Assembly: GCA_905181725.1 (NCBI GenBank)
Contig: CAJIYX010000059.1
Coordinates: 11,184-75,183 of the forward strand
Direction: 5' to 3'
From: Alphaproteobacteria bacterium UBA830
GTDB lineage: Bacteria > Pseudomonadota > Alphaproteobacteria > MPNO01 > UBA830
DNA length: 64,000 bases
Position numbers and translations under genes: made by a program. Every line of letters begins with the position of its first letter. Position 1 is the stretch's first letter. This document shows positions 30,554 through 40,817 of this stretch, in pieces. Below the pieces are notes generated by a model. The model saw only the letters and a list, made by a program, of their open reading frames with translations, did no database searches and had not been told where the DNA came from.

Positions 30554-32002
30554 TCAGACGGGGTTGGCGTCGGGCGGCGATTCAAGTGTGTCGGTGCGCA
30601 GCACGATCATCTTGTCGATCGTCATATCGCGCAGGGTATGGGGAATGCCGCCGGTGCCGAGGCCGGACTGGCGCTGGCCGGCAAACGGCATCCAGTCGGC
30701 GCGGAACGCGGTGTGGTCGTTCACCATCACGGCGGAGGCATCGAGGCCGCTGCTGATCGCCATTGCGCGTTCGATATCGCGGGTGAACACGGCGGCCTGA
30801 AAGGCGGTCGGCAGGGAATTCGCCCGGTCCAGCGCGTCTTCGACCTTGAACCACGGATCGACACAGACGACGGGGCCGAAGACTTCCTCGGTCATCAGCC
30901 GGCAATCGAGCGGCGCGTTGAAAATCACGGTCGGCGCATACAGCGTATCGGTCAGTTTTTCGCCGCCGGTCAGGAGCTGCCCGCCGCCATCGACGGCTTC
31001 CAGCACCCATTCGTGGATGCGGTCGAGCTCGGCCGGGCGGATAAGCGGGCCGATATCGGTTTCATTCAGCATCGGATCCCCGACGACGAGGCCGGAGGCT
31101 TTCATGGCAAGCTGGGTCGCAAAGCGTGTGGCGATCTTGGTATGGGCAAAAATGCGCTGGGTCGACACACAGACCTGGCCCGCGTGATAGAAACAGCCCT
31201 TGAGCAACGCCTCGCGGACTTCATAAATATCGGAATCGCCGGTCACGATCACTGGTGCGGCTCCACCGTGTTCGAGCGCGCAGCGTGTCCCTGGCGCCAG
31301 TTTCGAGCGCAGCATCCAGCCGATCTTCGCGCTGCCGATAAAGCTGAAGAACCCGACACGGGCATCGGTTACCAGCTTTTCCGCCAGCACATTGTCGGAT
31401 GTCACGATTGCCTGCGCCCAATCCTGCGGCAGGCCGGCCTCATGCAGGATGTCGATAAAGGCGAGACATGAAAGCGGTGTTTCCGGCGCTGGTTTGACGA
31501 TCACTGGACAGCCCGCGGCGATGGCGGGCGCGACCTGGTGGACGATCAGGTTCAGCGGATGATTGAACGCGCTGACGGCCACGACAACGCCGATGGGTTC
31601 GCGCTGGGTAAATGCCATGCGGTTGCCGGTCGCCGGCGTCAGGCCCATCGGCACGACCTCGCCCGCGTCGGTGCGCAGTGCGGCGATCGTTACCTTTACG
31701 CTATCGATTGCGCGTAGCACTTCAGCCTTTGTGTCGCGCCGTGGTTTGCCGCCTTCGCGGATCGCGGTCTCGATCAGCTGATCCGCGCGCTGTTCCATCA
31801 GCGTGGCGGTTTTTTCAAGCACGGCAAGCCGGTCATATTCGGGCAGCCAGCCGGGACGGTTGCGAAACAGCGCGAATGCCGTTCCTAACGCATCATTAAT
31901 TTCGGCAGCCGTACTCTCAACGACGGTTTCGACGGGCGAAATGTCGAACGGGTTTACGACGGCAAGTGTTTTGGTGGCGCTGTCTGTATCTGGTGAGTTC
32001 AT
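30554..32002 (-). CDS. Aldehyde dehydrogenase family protein
   Basis: AFNHP, FIGS, LEHGG, GQVCVS and EVFGP motifs. Confidence 0.93.
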   Translation of the reverse strand: MNSPDTDSATKTLAVVNPFDISPVETVVESTAAEINDALGTAFALFRNRPGWLPEYDRLAVLEKTATLMEQRADQLIETAIREGGKPRRDTKAEVLRAIDSVKVTIAALRTDAGEVVPMGLTPATGNRMAFTQREPIGVVVAVSAFNHPLNLIVHQVAPAIAAGCPVIVKPAPETPLSCLAFIDILHEAGLPQDWAQAIVTSDNVLAEKLVTDARVGFFSFIGSAKIGWMLRSKLAPGTRCALEHGGAAPVIVTGDSDIYEVREALLKGCFYHAGQVCVSTQRIFAHTKIATRFATQLAMKASGLVVGDPMLNETDIGPLIRPAELDRIHEWVLEAVDGGGQLLTGGEKLTDTLYAPTVIFNAPLDCRLMTEEVFGPVVCVDPWFKVEDALDRANSLPTAFQAAVFTRDIERAMAISSGLDASAVMVNDHTAFRADWMPFAGQRQSGLGTGGIPHTLRDMTIDKMIVLRTDTLESPPDANPV

Positions 32003-32150
32003 GTCACTTCGCATATGGGCAAGGGTGGCGGAGCCAAAAGGAATATTACACTCCGGATGGTTAACGTTTGTCAGTATAGCGCCGGATGCACCATTCGCCG
32101 AACATGCTAGTCTGTGACTTGTATCACACTGCTTTCACGGAGGGTGCGGC

Positions 32151-33113
32151 ATGCCGAACTATGATTACGGCGCTTATTTCGGCCCCATCGAGCCTTTGGC
32201 TGACGCGACGCGGAGCAAGGAAGCGCGGGTCTGGGGAAACGGGACGGAAAAAGACAAAGTGGCCCACGATTACGTGCTCTATCTCGGCTGCAACGTGCTG
32301 CGGACAGTCGCCCTGGCCGAGACGATTACGGCAATCCTGACCGAGATGGGCATCGATTTCGTGGCCCTTGGCGGACCGTCGACCTGCTGCGGTATTATTC
32401 ACAAATCCCACGGCGATGCGGCCGCGTCCGACAAGATCACGACCCAGACATTTGCGAAGTTCGACGGTTATGCGCCCAAAGCGGTGCTGACCTATTGTCC
32501 GTCCTGTCACGCCCATATGGACAACACGCTCGCCGAATCCGGCCTGACGACCGATGCGCCCTATCTGCATGTCACTGAATTCATCGTCGATAATCTTGAC
32601 CGGCTGAATTTCCGTAACCGGGTCGAGCGCCGGGTGATGTTTCATGCCCATGGCGATAACGAACAGGCGATGCGCGATTCGCATTTTGCCCGCGCTATTC
32701 TCGGCGCGATCCCCGGGCTGGAGGTGATCGATGCGTCCGGCAGCGCCGAATGGGGCCACGATTGCGGCGGCCTGCAGATCAGCATCGTCGGACCTGGAAA
32801 ACACGCGGGTCTTGTGAACGACTTGTTCGGATCGGCAAAACGCGAAAAGGTCGACGCGGTCACCGCACTTTATCATTCCTGCTACCGCAACCTGTGCCCG
32901 CAGGAAGAAGTTCATGGGGTAGAAGTGATCCACTACACCGACCTAATCGCCGAAGCCCTGGGTCTGCCGAAGCGCGACGAGGCGTATAAACGGCTTCACC
33001 AGGCATCCGACCCGGCAGCGGCTTTTGACGAGTTGTCGCCGCGGGCCGGGACACGCGGGCTGAAACCCGATCGTCTCCGCAAAACGCTCGACCTTCATTT
33101 CGGTGCCAAGTAG
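32151..33113 (+). CDS. CCG-domain (heterodisulfide reductase B-like) Fe-S protein
   Basis: YLGC, TCCG, CPSC, DCGG and YHSC motifs. Confidence 0.85.
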   Translation: MPNYDYGAYFGPIEPLADATRSKEARVWGNGTEKDKVAHDYVLYLGCNVLRTVALAETITAILTEMGIDFVALGGPSTCCGIIHKSHGDAAASDKITTQTFAKFDGYAPKAVLTYCPSCHAHMDNTLAESGLTTDAPYLHVTEFIVDNLDRLNFRNRVERRVMFHAHGDNEQAMRDSHFARAILGAIPGLEVIDASGSAEWGHDCGGLQISIVGPGKHAGLVNDLFGSAKREKVDAVTALYHSCYRNLCPQEEVHGVEVIHYTDLIAEALGLPKRDEAYKRLHQASDPAAAFDELSPRAGTRGLKPDRLRKTLDLHFGAK

Positions 33114-33147
33114 CGTCTGGCGCATAATCGTTCCGATACAGGTGCCC

Positions 33148-33732
33148 ATGCGCGTTCTCGTCATTTATGCCCACCCCGATCCGGATAGTCTGAACGGGGC
33201 AATTCACACGCAGATTCTCTCAGCGTTGTCAGCGGCGGGGCATGAGGTCGATGATCTGGACCTTTATGCGGACCGGTTCGATCCGGTCCTCAGCGCGGAG
33301 GAACGGCAAAACTATTTTGAACCCGCCCTGAACCGGGCGCGGGTGGCAGAGTATGCCGCGCGGATTGAGGCCGCCGAGGGGCTGGTGTTCTGCTTCCCTA
33401 CCTGGTGTCTCGGACCGCCGGCAATCCTCAAAGGCTTCTTTGACCGCGTGATGGTGCCGGGCGTTTCCTTCCGGCTGGAAGATGACGGCTCGCTGTCCCC
33501 CAATCTGCGACACATCAAACGGGTGGCGGCCGTCGTCACCTATGGTCGTAGCCGCGGCATATTGTGGTGGTTCGGCGATCCGCCCCGCCGGATGATGACG
33601 CGCTATATCCGCTGGTTCGTCTCGAAGAAGGCACGTATCCGGTATCTCGGGTTTTACGATCTTCACAAACCGGACCGTGCGCGGAGTAAAAAATTCCTAA
33701 AACGGGTTGAGAAGGTGATGTCCGACTTTTGA
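33148..33732 (+). CDS. NAD(P)H-dependent oxidoreductase, flavodoxin-like (quinone reductase family)
   Basis: YAHPDPDS, DLYADRFDP and FPTWCLGPPAILKGFFDRV motifs. Confidence 0.9.
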   Translation: MRVLVIYAHPDPDSLNGAIHTQILSALSAAGHEVDDLDLYADRFDPVLSAEERQNYFEPALNRARVAEYAARIEAAEGLVFCFPTWCLGPPAILKGFFDRVMVPGVSFRLEDDGSLSPNLRHIKRVAAVVTYGRSRGILWWFGDPPRRMMTRYIRWFVSKKARIRYLGFYDLHKPDRARSKKFLKRVEKVMSDF

Positions 33733-33804
33733 ATCAGGATTGGGCGGGTATTGTTCAGCCGGCTTGTTGACCTGCTTTGTAGGGTCCGGATAAGGGAAGC
33801 GAAC

Positions 33805-34608
33805 ATGGTTGAGAAGACACAGGTGGATTACCAAGAGTCCGGTGACGGCCCGGTCGTCGTCTTTGTGCCGGGATCGTTCAGCACGCCGGCCGCGTGGCGG
33901 CCGGTCATGAAACTGTTGCCGCCGGGGTATCGGATGGTCGCCACCGCGCTCTGTGGCTACGGCGATACGGCTGAAACGCGCAGCGCTGCCGATCACGATA
34001 TCACGCACGAGGTACGTGTGATTGAAGAGGTTGTTGCCCGCGCCGGGGGCGGCCCCGTGCACCTGGTCGGGCACTCGTTCGGCGGCACGGTGGCCTTCGC
34101 GGCGGCCCTGCCGGGAAATATCGATTTGCGCAGTATTGCGACATTCGAAGCCAACCCGCTCGGCCTAATTCGCCACAGCACCCGGCCTGAACTGTTCGCT
34201 GCGACACAGGATATGAGCCGGGCTTATGAGGCCGCGTATGAAGCGGGCGAAGTTGATGCGCCGAGGCGGATTATCGATTTCTGGGGCAGCGACGGATCTT
34301 TCGACGCGTTACCCGACATCGTTCAGGAGTATTGCCGCCAGACGGCCTACGGGAACGTGCTGGACTGGCACAGCGCCTTCGGGTTTGACACGGTGCCGCA
34401 GGATTACGCGGCGCTTGATGTTCCGGTACTTCTGGTGCGCGGTGCGCTGGCAAACCCGGTGATCGTCGCGATAACGGACGTGCTTGGCCGCGCGATCAAA
34501 AACGTCCAGCTGAAAACTGTCGATGGCGCGGGCCATTTCCTGATCTCCAGCCATCCCGCCGATTGCGCGGCGCACCTGGCGGCTTTTCTGGCGGGTATCG
34601 AACGCTAG
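33805..34608 (+). CDS. Alpha/beta fold hydrolase
   Basis: GHSFGG nucleophile elbow; GAGHF. Confidence 0.88.
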   Translation: MVEKTQVDYQESGDGPVVVFVPGSFSTPAAWRPVMKLLPPGYRMVATALCGYGDTAETRSAADHDITHEVRVIEEVVARAGGGPVHLVGHSFGGTVAFAAALPGNIDLRSIATFEANPLGLIRHSTRPELFAATQDMSRAYEAAYEAGEVDAPRRIIDFWGSDGSFDALPDIVQEYCRQTAYGNVLDWHSAFGFDTVPQDYAALDVPVLLVRGALANPVIVAITDVLGRAIKNVQLKTVDGAGHFLISSHPADCAAHLAAFLAGIER

Positions 34609-34659
34609 AACCGACAACACACGATTTACGCTGGCGGCCGGTATCAGCAACAAGACGCC

Positions 34660-34926
34660 TCAGGCGGTTGCGCCCGGCTTTGCCGCGTTAGTCCGGATTT
34701 TTGCTGGCAGCCCGCGCAATTTGCGCAATGTGCTGCGGGTAAAGACGAGCGTGAAACGTGCGGCATCAGCGAGCGCTTTCGACCGAATGATTTCGGCGTT
34801 GCGGCGATGAAACTCGACCTGTTCGAGGGTTGGCCAATTATCATCGATACTGGCGCTATCGGGGGCGCTGTTGGTAGCATTGCTGTCGTGGAGCCGGGCG
34901 TTTTTGGTATCAGGATAGAGCCGCAT
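34660..34926 (-). CDS. Small hypothetical protein (RSP_7527-like)
   Basis: GGAGG RBS; helical motif VEFHRRNAEIIRSKALA; AT-rich upstream region. Confidence 0.55.
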   Translation of the reverse strand: MRLYPDTKNARLHDSNATNSAPDSASIDDNWPTLEQVEFHRRNAEIIRSKALADAARFTLVFTRSTLRKLRGLPAKIRTNAAKPGATA

Positions 34927-34996
34927 GTAAAAAGACCTCCGTCATGAATTGATCGATGTCTCGTCCCTATCCGCTGTCACTATCTTATTATATTGC

Positions 34997-35062
34997 TGCA
35001 GTGCACCAATGATATATCGTTTGTTTTCCATGCCAGTCAAGAAAATATGCTGCATCGCAATA
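34997..35062. promoter_or_regulatory. Two candidate PhaR-type boxes
   Basis: TGCAGTGCACCA (34997-35008) and TGCATCGCAATA (35051-35062), both preceded by TGC. Confidence 0.5.
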
Positions 35063-35190
35063 TGACATCGCCAGGCCAGAAATCCGCGGTATTTTATTTC
35101 CAATTCGGGGCCTAAAAAGACGTCTCAGATCGTTTCGGTTCTTCGCTCACGGCGCATGCCAGACAGGTCCCGCGCTTCGGGAACGCAGGA

Positions 35191-36801
35191 TCAGTTTCCG
35201 CCAGCATGTGGGCGGTCGAAGACGTGTCCGAAGGTCTGGTCGCGCAGGTCGCGCTTCAGCACCTTGCCAAAATGGCTGCGTGGCAGCGCCTCGATAAAGG
35301 CAACCTGCCGCGGCACCTTGAACCCTGCCAGCCGGTCGCGGCCAAACCGGAACAGGTCTTCCGCAAGCTTGCCGTTGTCTGCATCTGCATCCGATTTTAC
35401 CGCGACCAGAAGAATGGCTTCATCCCAGCGCGCGTCGTCCACGCCGACGGCGGCACAATCCGTGATGCCGGTATGCTCCGCATATACAGTCTCGACCTCT
35501 ACCGAGGGCACGGATTCGCCGCCCGTCAGGATGACGTCCTTTGAGCGATCTACGATGGCGATCCGGCCGTCCTCGTCCATCACGCCGATGTCGCCGGTGA
35601 AACACCATTCCAGACCTTCCGCGTCGTTCCGGCGGCGGCGCCAGGTGGCAGCGCCCGCTTCCGGATTGCGGTGATAGCCGAGGGCGGTATTGAAGTTGCG
35701 CATCGCGATGTGACCGGGTCTGCCGCGGGGTACGACCCGGTCGTCATCGTCAAGGATCAGCACCTGCGTATCGACATGGGGGACGCCGATGCTGTCCGGA
35801 TGGCTGAGCAGTTCGCCCGGGCTCTGCGTCGCCATATTCAGGCTTTCGCTCAGGCCGGCTGCCGCCATGATGTCGGCTTCTGGAAACATCTCGGCGAGCT
35901 TCCGGCGCAGCGGAGCAGGGGTCGGTGCCGCGGTTGTCACCACTGTGCGGGGGGCGGTCAGGGGGATGCCGTCCCAGGCATCGTATATCGGGTTGATCAG
36001 GGCCGGCACCAGCGGCAGGTATTCAATGTCGCGCGCGCGGATTTCGGCAAGATAGCGCACCGGATCGAACGACGTGGCCGCCGGAAAGACAACGGTCCCG
36101 CCCCGCCACAGAATGGTAAACAATCCCCATTCCATTCCGGCGACGTGATAGGCTGGCAGCACCGACAGCGTCTGCCATCCGCGGCGAATGCCGTATTCCG
36201 CGATATCGGCGAGAACGGTAAAAAGCGTGCCCACATGGCTGTGCAGGACACCCTTGCTTTTGCCGGTAGTCCCGCCTGTGGAAACCAGGCGGTAAGGCTC
36301 ATCGAAGGACATCGTGACCGGCAGGTATTCGTTGGTTTCCGCGGCCAGAACGGTTTCGTAACCCTGCCAGCTCCTATCACCGGTTTCTCCCCGGGCGATG
36401 CGGATTGTCGGTGCGGCATTGGCAAACCGGTCTGTAAAATCCGCATTGGCGACAATCGCCCGGCAATCGTGATCGTTCACATATTCGGCGACATCCGACG
36501 GGAGCAGGCGGACGTTGAGCGGGGCGACAATGGCGCCAATCCGTGCGCAGGCAAAAATCGCCTCGACGATTGCGTGTTCGTTCCAGAACATTGCCGCAAC
36601 CATATCGCCTTTCTCAACGCCGGCGCGCATCATCGCGCGGGCGAGCCGGGTGATGGGTGCATCGAGCTCGCCATAGGACAGCCGACGGTCGCTCAGCAGG
36701 TCGTCTATCGCCGCCCGGTCCGGATAAAGCTCCGCCCCCCGCGACACGATAAAGGCGATGTTTGCGAGTTGCCGTTCAGGATTTCTCAGGTCTTCCATCA
36801 T
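35191..36801 (-). CDS. AMP-binding acyl-CoA synthetase
   Basis: STGGTTGKSKG, GLSE, FTGD, DRSKDVILTGG and GKVLK motifs. Confidence 0.9.
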   Translation of the reverse strand: MMEDLRNPERQLANIAFIVSRGAELYPDRAAIDDLLSDRRLSYGELDAPITRLARAMMRAGVEKGDMVAAMFWNEHAIVEAIFACARIGAIVAPLNVRLLPSDVAEYVNDHDCRAIVANADFTDRFANAAPTIRIARGETGDRSWQGYETVLAAETNEYLPVTMSFDEPYRLVSTGGTTGKSKGVLHSHVGTLFTVLADIAEYGIRRGWQTLSVLPAYHVAGMEWGLFTILWRGGTVVFPAATSFDPVRYLAEIRARDIEYLPLVPALINPIYDAWDGIPLTAPRTVVTTAAPTPAPLRRKLAEMFPEADIMAAAGLSESLNMATQSPGELLSHPDSIGVPHVDTQVLILDDDDRVVPRGRPGHIAMRNFNTALGYHRNPEAGAATWRRRRNDAEGLEWCFTGDIGVMDEDGRIAIVDRSKDVILTGGESVPSVEVETVYAEHTGITDCAAVGVDDARWDEAILLVAVKSDADADNGKLAEDLFRFGRDRLAGFKVPRQVAFIEALPRSHFGKVLKRDLRDQTFGHVFDRPHAGGN

Positions 36802-36823
36802 TTTTATGCGCCCGCCTGCGGGG

Positions 36824-37543
36824 TCAGCCGAGGTTGTCGGTCAGAAACACCCGGATCTTAGCCCAGGCGTCCTTGGCCTGCTCCTTGCGGTAGCGTTCCG
36901 GGTTCATGAAATCCTGGAAGCCGTGCCCGGCGCCGTCATATTGATAAAATTCGTGAGGTACGTGTGCCTCGGTGAGCGCCGCGTCTAGATCGGCCACATC
37001 CGCAGGCGACGGGTTCTGATCCTCGTTGCCGAAAACGCCCATGACCGGGCAGGGGATGTTGCCGGCCATCTCGATCGGCGGGGTCGCGCCGTCGCCCATA
37101 CCGAGCTTGATGCGCCCGCCATACAGCGTGATCAGCGCTTTGTAATTTGCGTTGTGGCAGGCATGCAGCCAGCTGACGCGGCCGCCCCAGCAATGCCCGA
37201 TCACGCCCATGCGGTTCTCATCCACGCTGTCCATGCCGGCGAGCAGGCCATAGGCGGCATCGATGTCGGCGACGCAGCGGTCGTCGCGGAATTCGTCGCG
37301 CTTGATCGCGATATCGGTTTCCGGCGTCCACCAGTGAAACACGAACGGGATAACGCAGACATAGCCCGCATTGGCGAATGCCTCGCCGACATCGAAGGTG
37401 AACGGGTCTTTTCCCAGGCCTTCATGGGCGATCGGCAGATGCTGGGCGCAGACGATACCGGGGTGTGGTCCGGAGCCTTCAGGTTCGAAGATCAGAATTT
37501 CCATCGGGCTGTTTTCGATGGTCACGGTTTCTTTGCGGTACAT
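36824..37543 (-). CDS. Dienelactone hydrolase family protein
   Basis: GHCWGG and YDGAGHGF motifs. Confidence 0.9.
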   Translation of the reverse strand: MYRKETVTIENSPMEILIFEPEGSGPHPGIVCAQHLPIAHEGLGKDPFTFDVGEAFANAGYVCVIPFVFHWWTPETDIAIKRDEFRDDRCVADIDAAYGLLAGMDSVDENRMGVIGHCWGGRVSWLHACHNANYKALITLYGGRIKLGMGDGATPPIEMAGNIPCPVMGVFGNEDQNPSPADVADLDAALTEAHVPHEFYQYDGAGHGFQDFMNPERYRKEQAKDAWAKIRVFLTDNLG

Positions 37544-37666
37544 ACGGTGTTGCTCCCGGTTGGCTGACAGCCACAATTTCTGACGGGGCGTCGATTCTGT
37601 TTTATTTGCTTACTATACCGCTCAAATGATTTCTCAACGAGGCCCTGCCACAATGACTTCCCCATC

Positions 37667-38317
37667 ATGATTCCCGCATCGCTCCACGCGGGGTACCGCC
37701 GGTTCCGGGACGACCGGTTCCTGACCGAAGAAGCCCGGTACCGGGATCTTGCCGGCGGACAGTCACCCGAAACGATGATTGTCGCCTGCGCTGACAGTCG
37801 GGTGGATCCGGCGACGATTTTCGCCGCCGCACCGGGCGAGTTGTTCGTTGTGCGCAACGTCGCGGCACTGGTGCCGCCCTGCGAGGCATCTTCGGGGTAT
37901 CACGGCACGTCGGCCGCGCTGGAATTTGCGATGACGGGAATCGCGGTCAAAAACATCGTCGTGATGGGCCATGGCCTGTGCGGTGGCGTGGCCGCATCCC
38001 TCGCGGCGGTAGAGAATGTGCCGACCGGCACTTTTCTCGGCCCATGGGTCGAATTGCTGTCCGGCGTGCGGGACGATGTGTTGCGGGACGAGCGCATCAG
38101 CGGCGCGGTTGAACGTCAGCGCGCCCTCGAATGGATGGGCGTTCTCTATTCGATCGGCAACCTGCGGACGTTCCCGTTTGTCCGCGAAGCCGAGCAGGCC
38201 GGCAGGTTGAACGTGCACGGCGCCTGGTTTTCTATCGCCGAGGCCGAACTGTACTGGCACAACGCGGATACCGGTATTTTTGAGGCGGTCGTCGCGGGAT
38301 TGCCCGCCTCCCGGTAG
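37667..38317 (+). CDS. Beta carbonic anhydrase
   Basis: CADSR, RNVA and GHGLCGG motifs. Confidence 0.93.
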   Translation: MIPASLHAGYRRFRDDRFLTEEARYRDLAGGQSPETMIVACADSRVDPATIFAAAPGELFVVRNVAALVPPCEASSGYHGTSAALEFAMTGIAVKNIVVMGHGLCGGVAASLAAVENVPTGTFLGPWVELLSGVRDDVLRDERISGAVERQRALEWMGVLYSIGNLRTFPFVREAEQAGRLNVHGAWFSIAEAELYWHNADTGIFEAVVAGLPASR

Positions 38318-38331
38318 CAACAGGTCGCGGG

Positions 38332-38685
38332 TCAGACTAAGGGGTGGATTGCGGGCCCGAATGCGGGCTGTACTTCTTTAACAATCACACTCAGATCGAA
38401 CCGTTTGGTATCGAGCGTTGCCAGAACCTGGCCTGTCTTGACCCGGTCCCCCTGTTTCACGGCGGCGGTCGCAACCTTGCCGGACACCGAAAAAGTCAGG
38501 GCTGGTGTATCTGCGGCGACAATAGTGCCGGACACGCGGCGGATGTCGCCGCCGGCAGGTTAGCTGACATAATAGGCTTTTATGGCGCGGATCCGCTCCG
38601 GCGCGGTTGCTTCCGGCTCGCTGTCGCATGCCGCTAGAATGCCCACCGTTCCCGCGAGCACAGCCAACCCAAATGTCTTCTTCAT
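38332..38685 (-). pseudogene. RND efflux periplasmic adaptor (MFP), 5' remnant
   Basis: MKKTFGLAVLAGTVGILAAC lipobox, in-frame TAA at 38560-38562, then LTFSVSGKV..VKQGDRVKTGQVLATLD, then truncation. Confidence 0.85.
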
Positions 38686-38780
38686 GCCAATTCTTACCTT
38701 TGTCGCATTCCGGGACGCACCATAGCGTTCCGAAATACACGGCAGAATTTAACAGAAAACGGCCCTCGCCGCCGTTTGAA

Positions 38781-39620
38781 TCAGTCTAGGTCGCTGGCAT
38801 CGTGGCGTTCGGCGAGTTGCAGTTCTTCCGGCCCCATTAGCTTGTTCACCCGCCGTCCGCGCTGGACCGCCGGGCGTGCCTGGATCTCATTCGCCCATCG
38901 CACGACGTTGGTATAGGACGCAGCTTCGATGAATTCTTCGGCTTCGTACTGGTTGTTGATGACCAGATTGCCGTACCACGCATAGGTGGCGATATCGGCG
39001 ATGTTGTATTCGTCACCGCACAGGAACTGTCGTTCTGCGAGATTTTTTTCGAGTACGTCGAGCTGGCGTTTGATCTCCATCGTGAAGCGGTCGATGGGGT
39101 ATTCGAACTTTTCGGGCGCGTATTTGTAGAAATGACCAAACCCGCCGCCAAGATATGGCGCGCTGCCCATCTGCCAGAACAGCCAGGACATGCATTCCGC
39201 CCGGGCCGCCGGTTCTGTCGGCAGGAAGGCATCGAACTTTTCGGCTAGGTAAAACAGGATCGCGCCGGATTCGAACACCCGTGTCGGTGTCGGCGTGCTG
39301 ACATCCAGCATGGCCGGGATTTTTGAATTCGGATTCACCGACACAAAACCGCTGCCGAACTGGTCGCCGTCTAAAATTTTGATCAGCCAAGCGTCGTATT
39401 CGGCTTCTTTCTTGCCGAGCGCCAGCAGCTCTTCGAACATGATCGTGACCTTGATGCCGTTCGGCGTTGCCAGCGAATAAAGCTGGTGGGGGTGCTTGCC
39501 GACCGGCAATTTCTTTTCATGGGTCGCCCCGGAGGTCGGGCGGTTGACGCTGGCAAATGTGCCGCCGTTTTCGGCATCCCATTTCCAGACTTTCGGCGGT
39601 GTGTATGTGGCGTCGGCCAT
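38781..39620 (-). CDS. yghU: Glutathione-dependent disulfide-bond oxidoreductase
   Basis: YTPPKVWKW, LYSLATPNG, NPNSKIPA and ERHDASD motifs. Confidence 0.95.
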   Translation of the reverse strand: MADATYTPPKVWKWDAENGGTFASVNRPTSGATHEKKLPVGKHPHQLYSLATPNGIKVTIMFEELLALGKKEAEYDAWLIKILDGDQFGSGFVSVNPNSKIPAMLDVSTPTPTRVFESGAILFYLAEKFDAFLPTEPAARAECMSWLFWQMGSAPYLGGGFGHFYKYAPEKFEYPIDRFTMEIKRQLDVLEKNLAERQFLCGDEYNIADIATYAWYGNLVINNQYEAEEFIEAASYTNVVRWANEIQARPAVQRGRRVNKLMGPEELQLAERHDASDLD

Positions 39621-39772
39621 GTGATCTGCTTTCTGTATGAAGAACGAGTCGGACCGGCAGACACGCCGATCCTGTTGCCGTGCACATTACCAAGAGGGTC
39701 GGCGGCTATCCAGAGGATGGCCTGTGCTTGAGATGCATATGTCTCGTTGCGGATACGCAACGTTGACAAGCG

Positions 39773-40748
39773 TCAGGTCGCCGCCGTTCGTTTTTCCCAC
39801 GCCGCCGCCAGGTCCCGCGATGAATTATCGCCCAGCCGGGATATTGCCTGCGAGACGTAATACATACCGGCGATTTCTGCGAGACGCTTCATCAACTGCA
39901 GCGTGACCGGGCCGGGTAGGGCGGCCCCACCGGTCGATTCCGCGCCGCTGATCTGTGCGCCGTTCAGGCTTGTCACAGGAACAATCACCGGCGTTGTACT
40001 GCGGATGAAGGCTTCGTCCGCGGCATACACGTCATAGGGAGTGAAATTACCTTCGATGGTCTCAATACCCAGTTCCGCGGCGACTTCTAGGACAGCGGCG
40101 CGGGTGACGCCGTCCAGGACGTTGCGTGCGGCAGACGTATAGAGATGGCCGTCGGCGATGAAAAAGAAATTACCTGTATTTGTCTCGGCCACGTTGCTGG
40201 CGGCATCCAGCATAAGCGGAATCGCTCCCGGGTCGGACCGCTTCGCTTCCAGCGCCACCAAGATCTGGTTCATGCGGCTCAGCACTTTCGCCTTGGCGTC
40301 GATACTGTCCGGCGCCGTCCGGCGGATGCCCGGTGTCACCAGATTCAGGCCGCTTAAGTAGTTTGCGGCGTATTGTTCGAATTCGATCTGGACGCAGAAC
40401 ATGGCGACGATGGTGTCCGACGGATGACCCATCGCATTGTCGCCGTGGAGATCACATGCCACAGAGCGAAATCGCTGCCGGCGTCCAGGCGTCCCAGGTT
40501 GCGCTCCAGCATCTCCTGGGTCGCCGAGGTCAGCGCCTCCCGGCTCAGACCTATGTCGATTCGCACGTAAGCCAGAGACCGGAAAAGCCGGTCGAGGTGA
40601 CCGTCGAGCCGGAACAGTTTGTGCCCGAATGTGCGGGTGACCTCATACACCCCGTCGCCGCCGAAAAACCGCGCTCCGTGACGGGAACCTTTGCTTCGCC
40701 CTCCGGCTCGAAAGTGCCGTTTAGATAAACAATATTGTCGCCGCTCAT
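39773..40748 (-). pseudogene. Aminotransferase class IV, frameshifted twice
   Basis: Three frames: VYLNG..ERGF / GDGVYEVTR..HLDRL..WHVIS / GDNAM..AKVLSR..VLDGVTR..ADEAF. Single-base gaps near 40666 and 40448. Confidence 0.85.
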
Positions 40749-40817
40749 GTCGTCACCGCATCGTCCGTTGGAAGAAGAAGCCGGGAGAAAGCGGAAACGA
40801 GTCTATCCGTACGACGC

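Noticed and set aside
29627-31471. Long antisense ORFs (e.g. 614 aa here, 512 aa at 57189-58727)
   Set aside because: They are antisense shadows of well-supported genes, caused by GC-rich codon bias.
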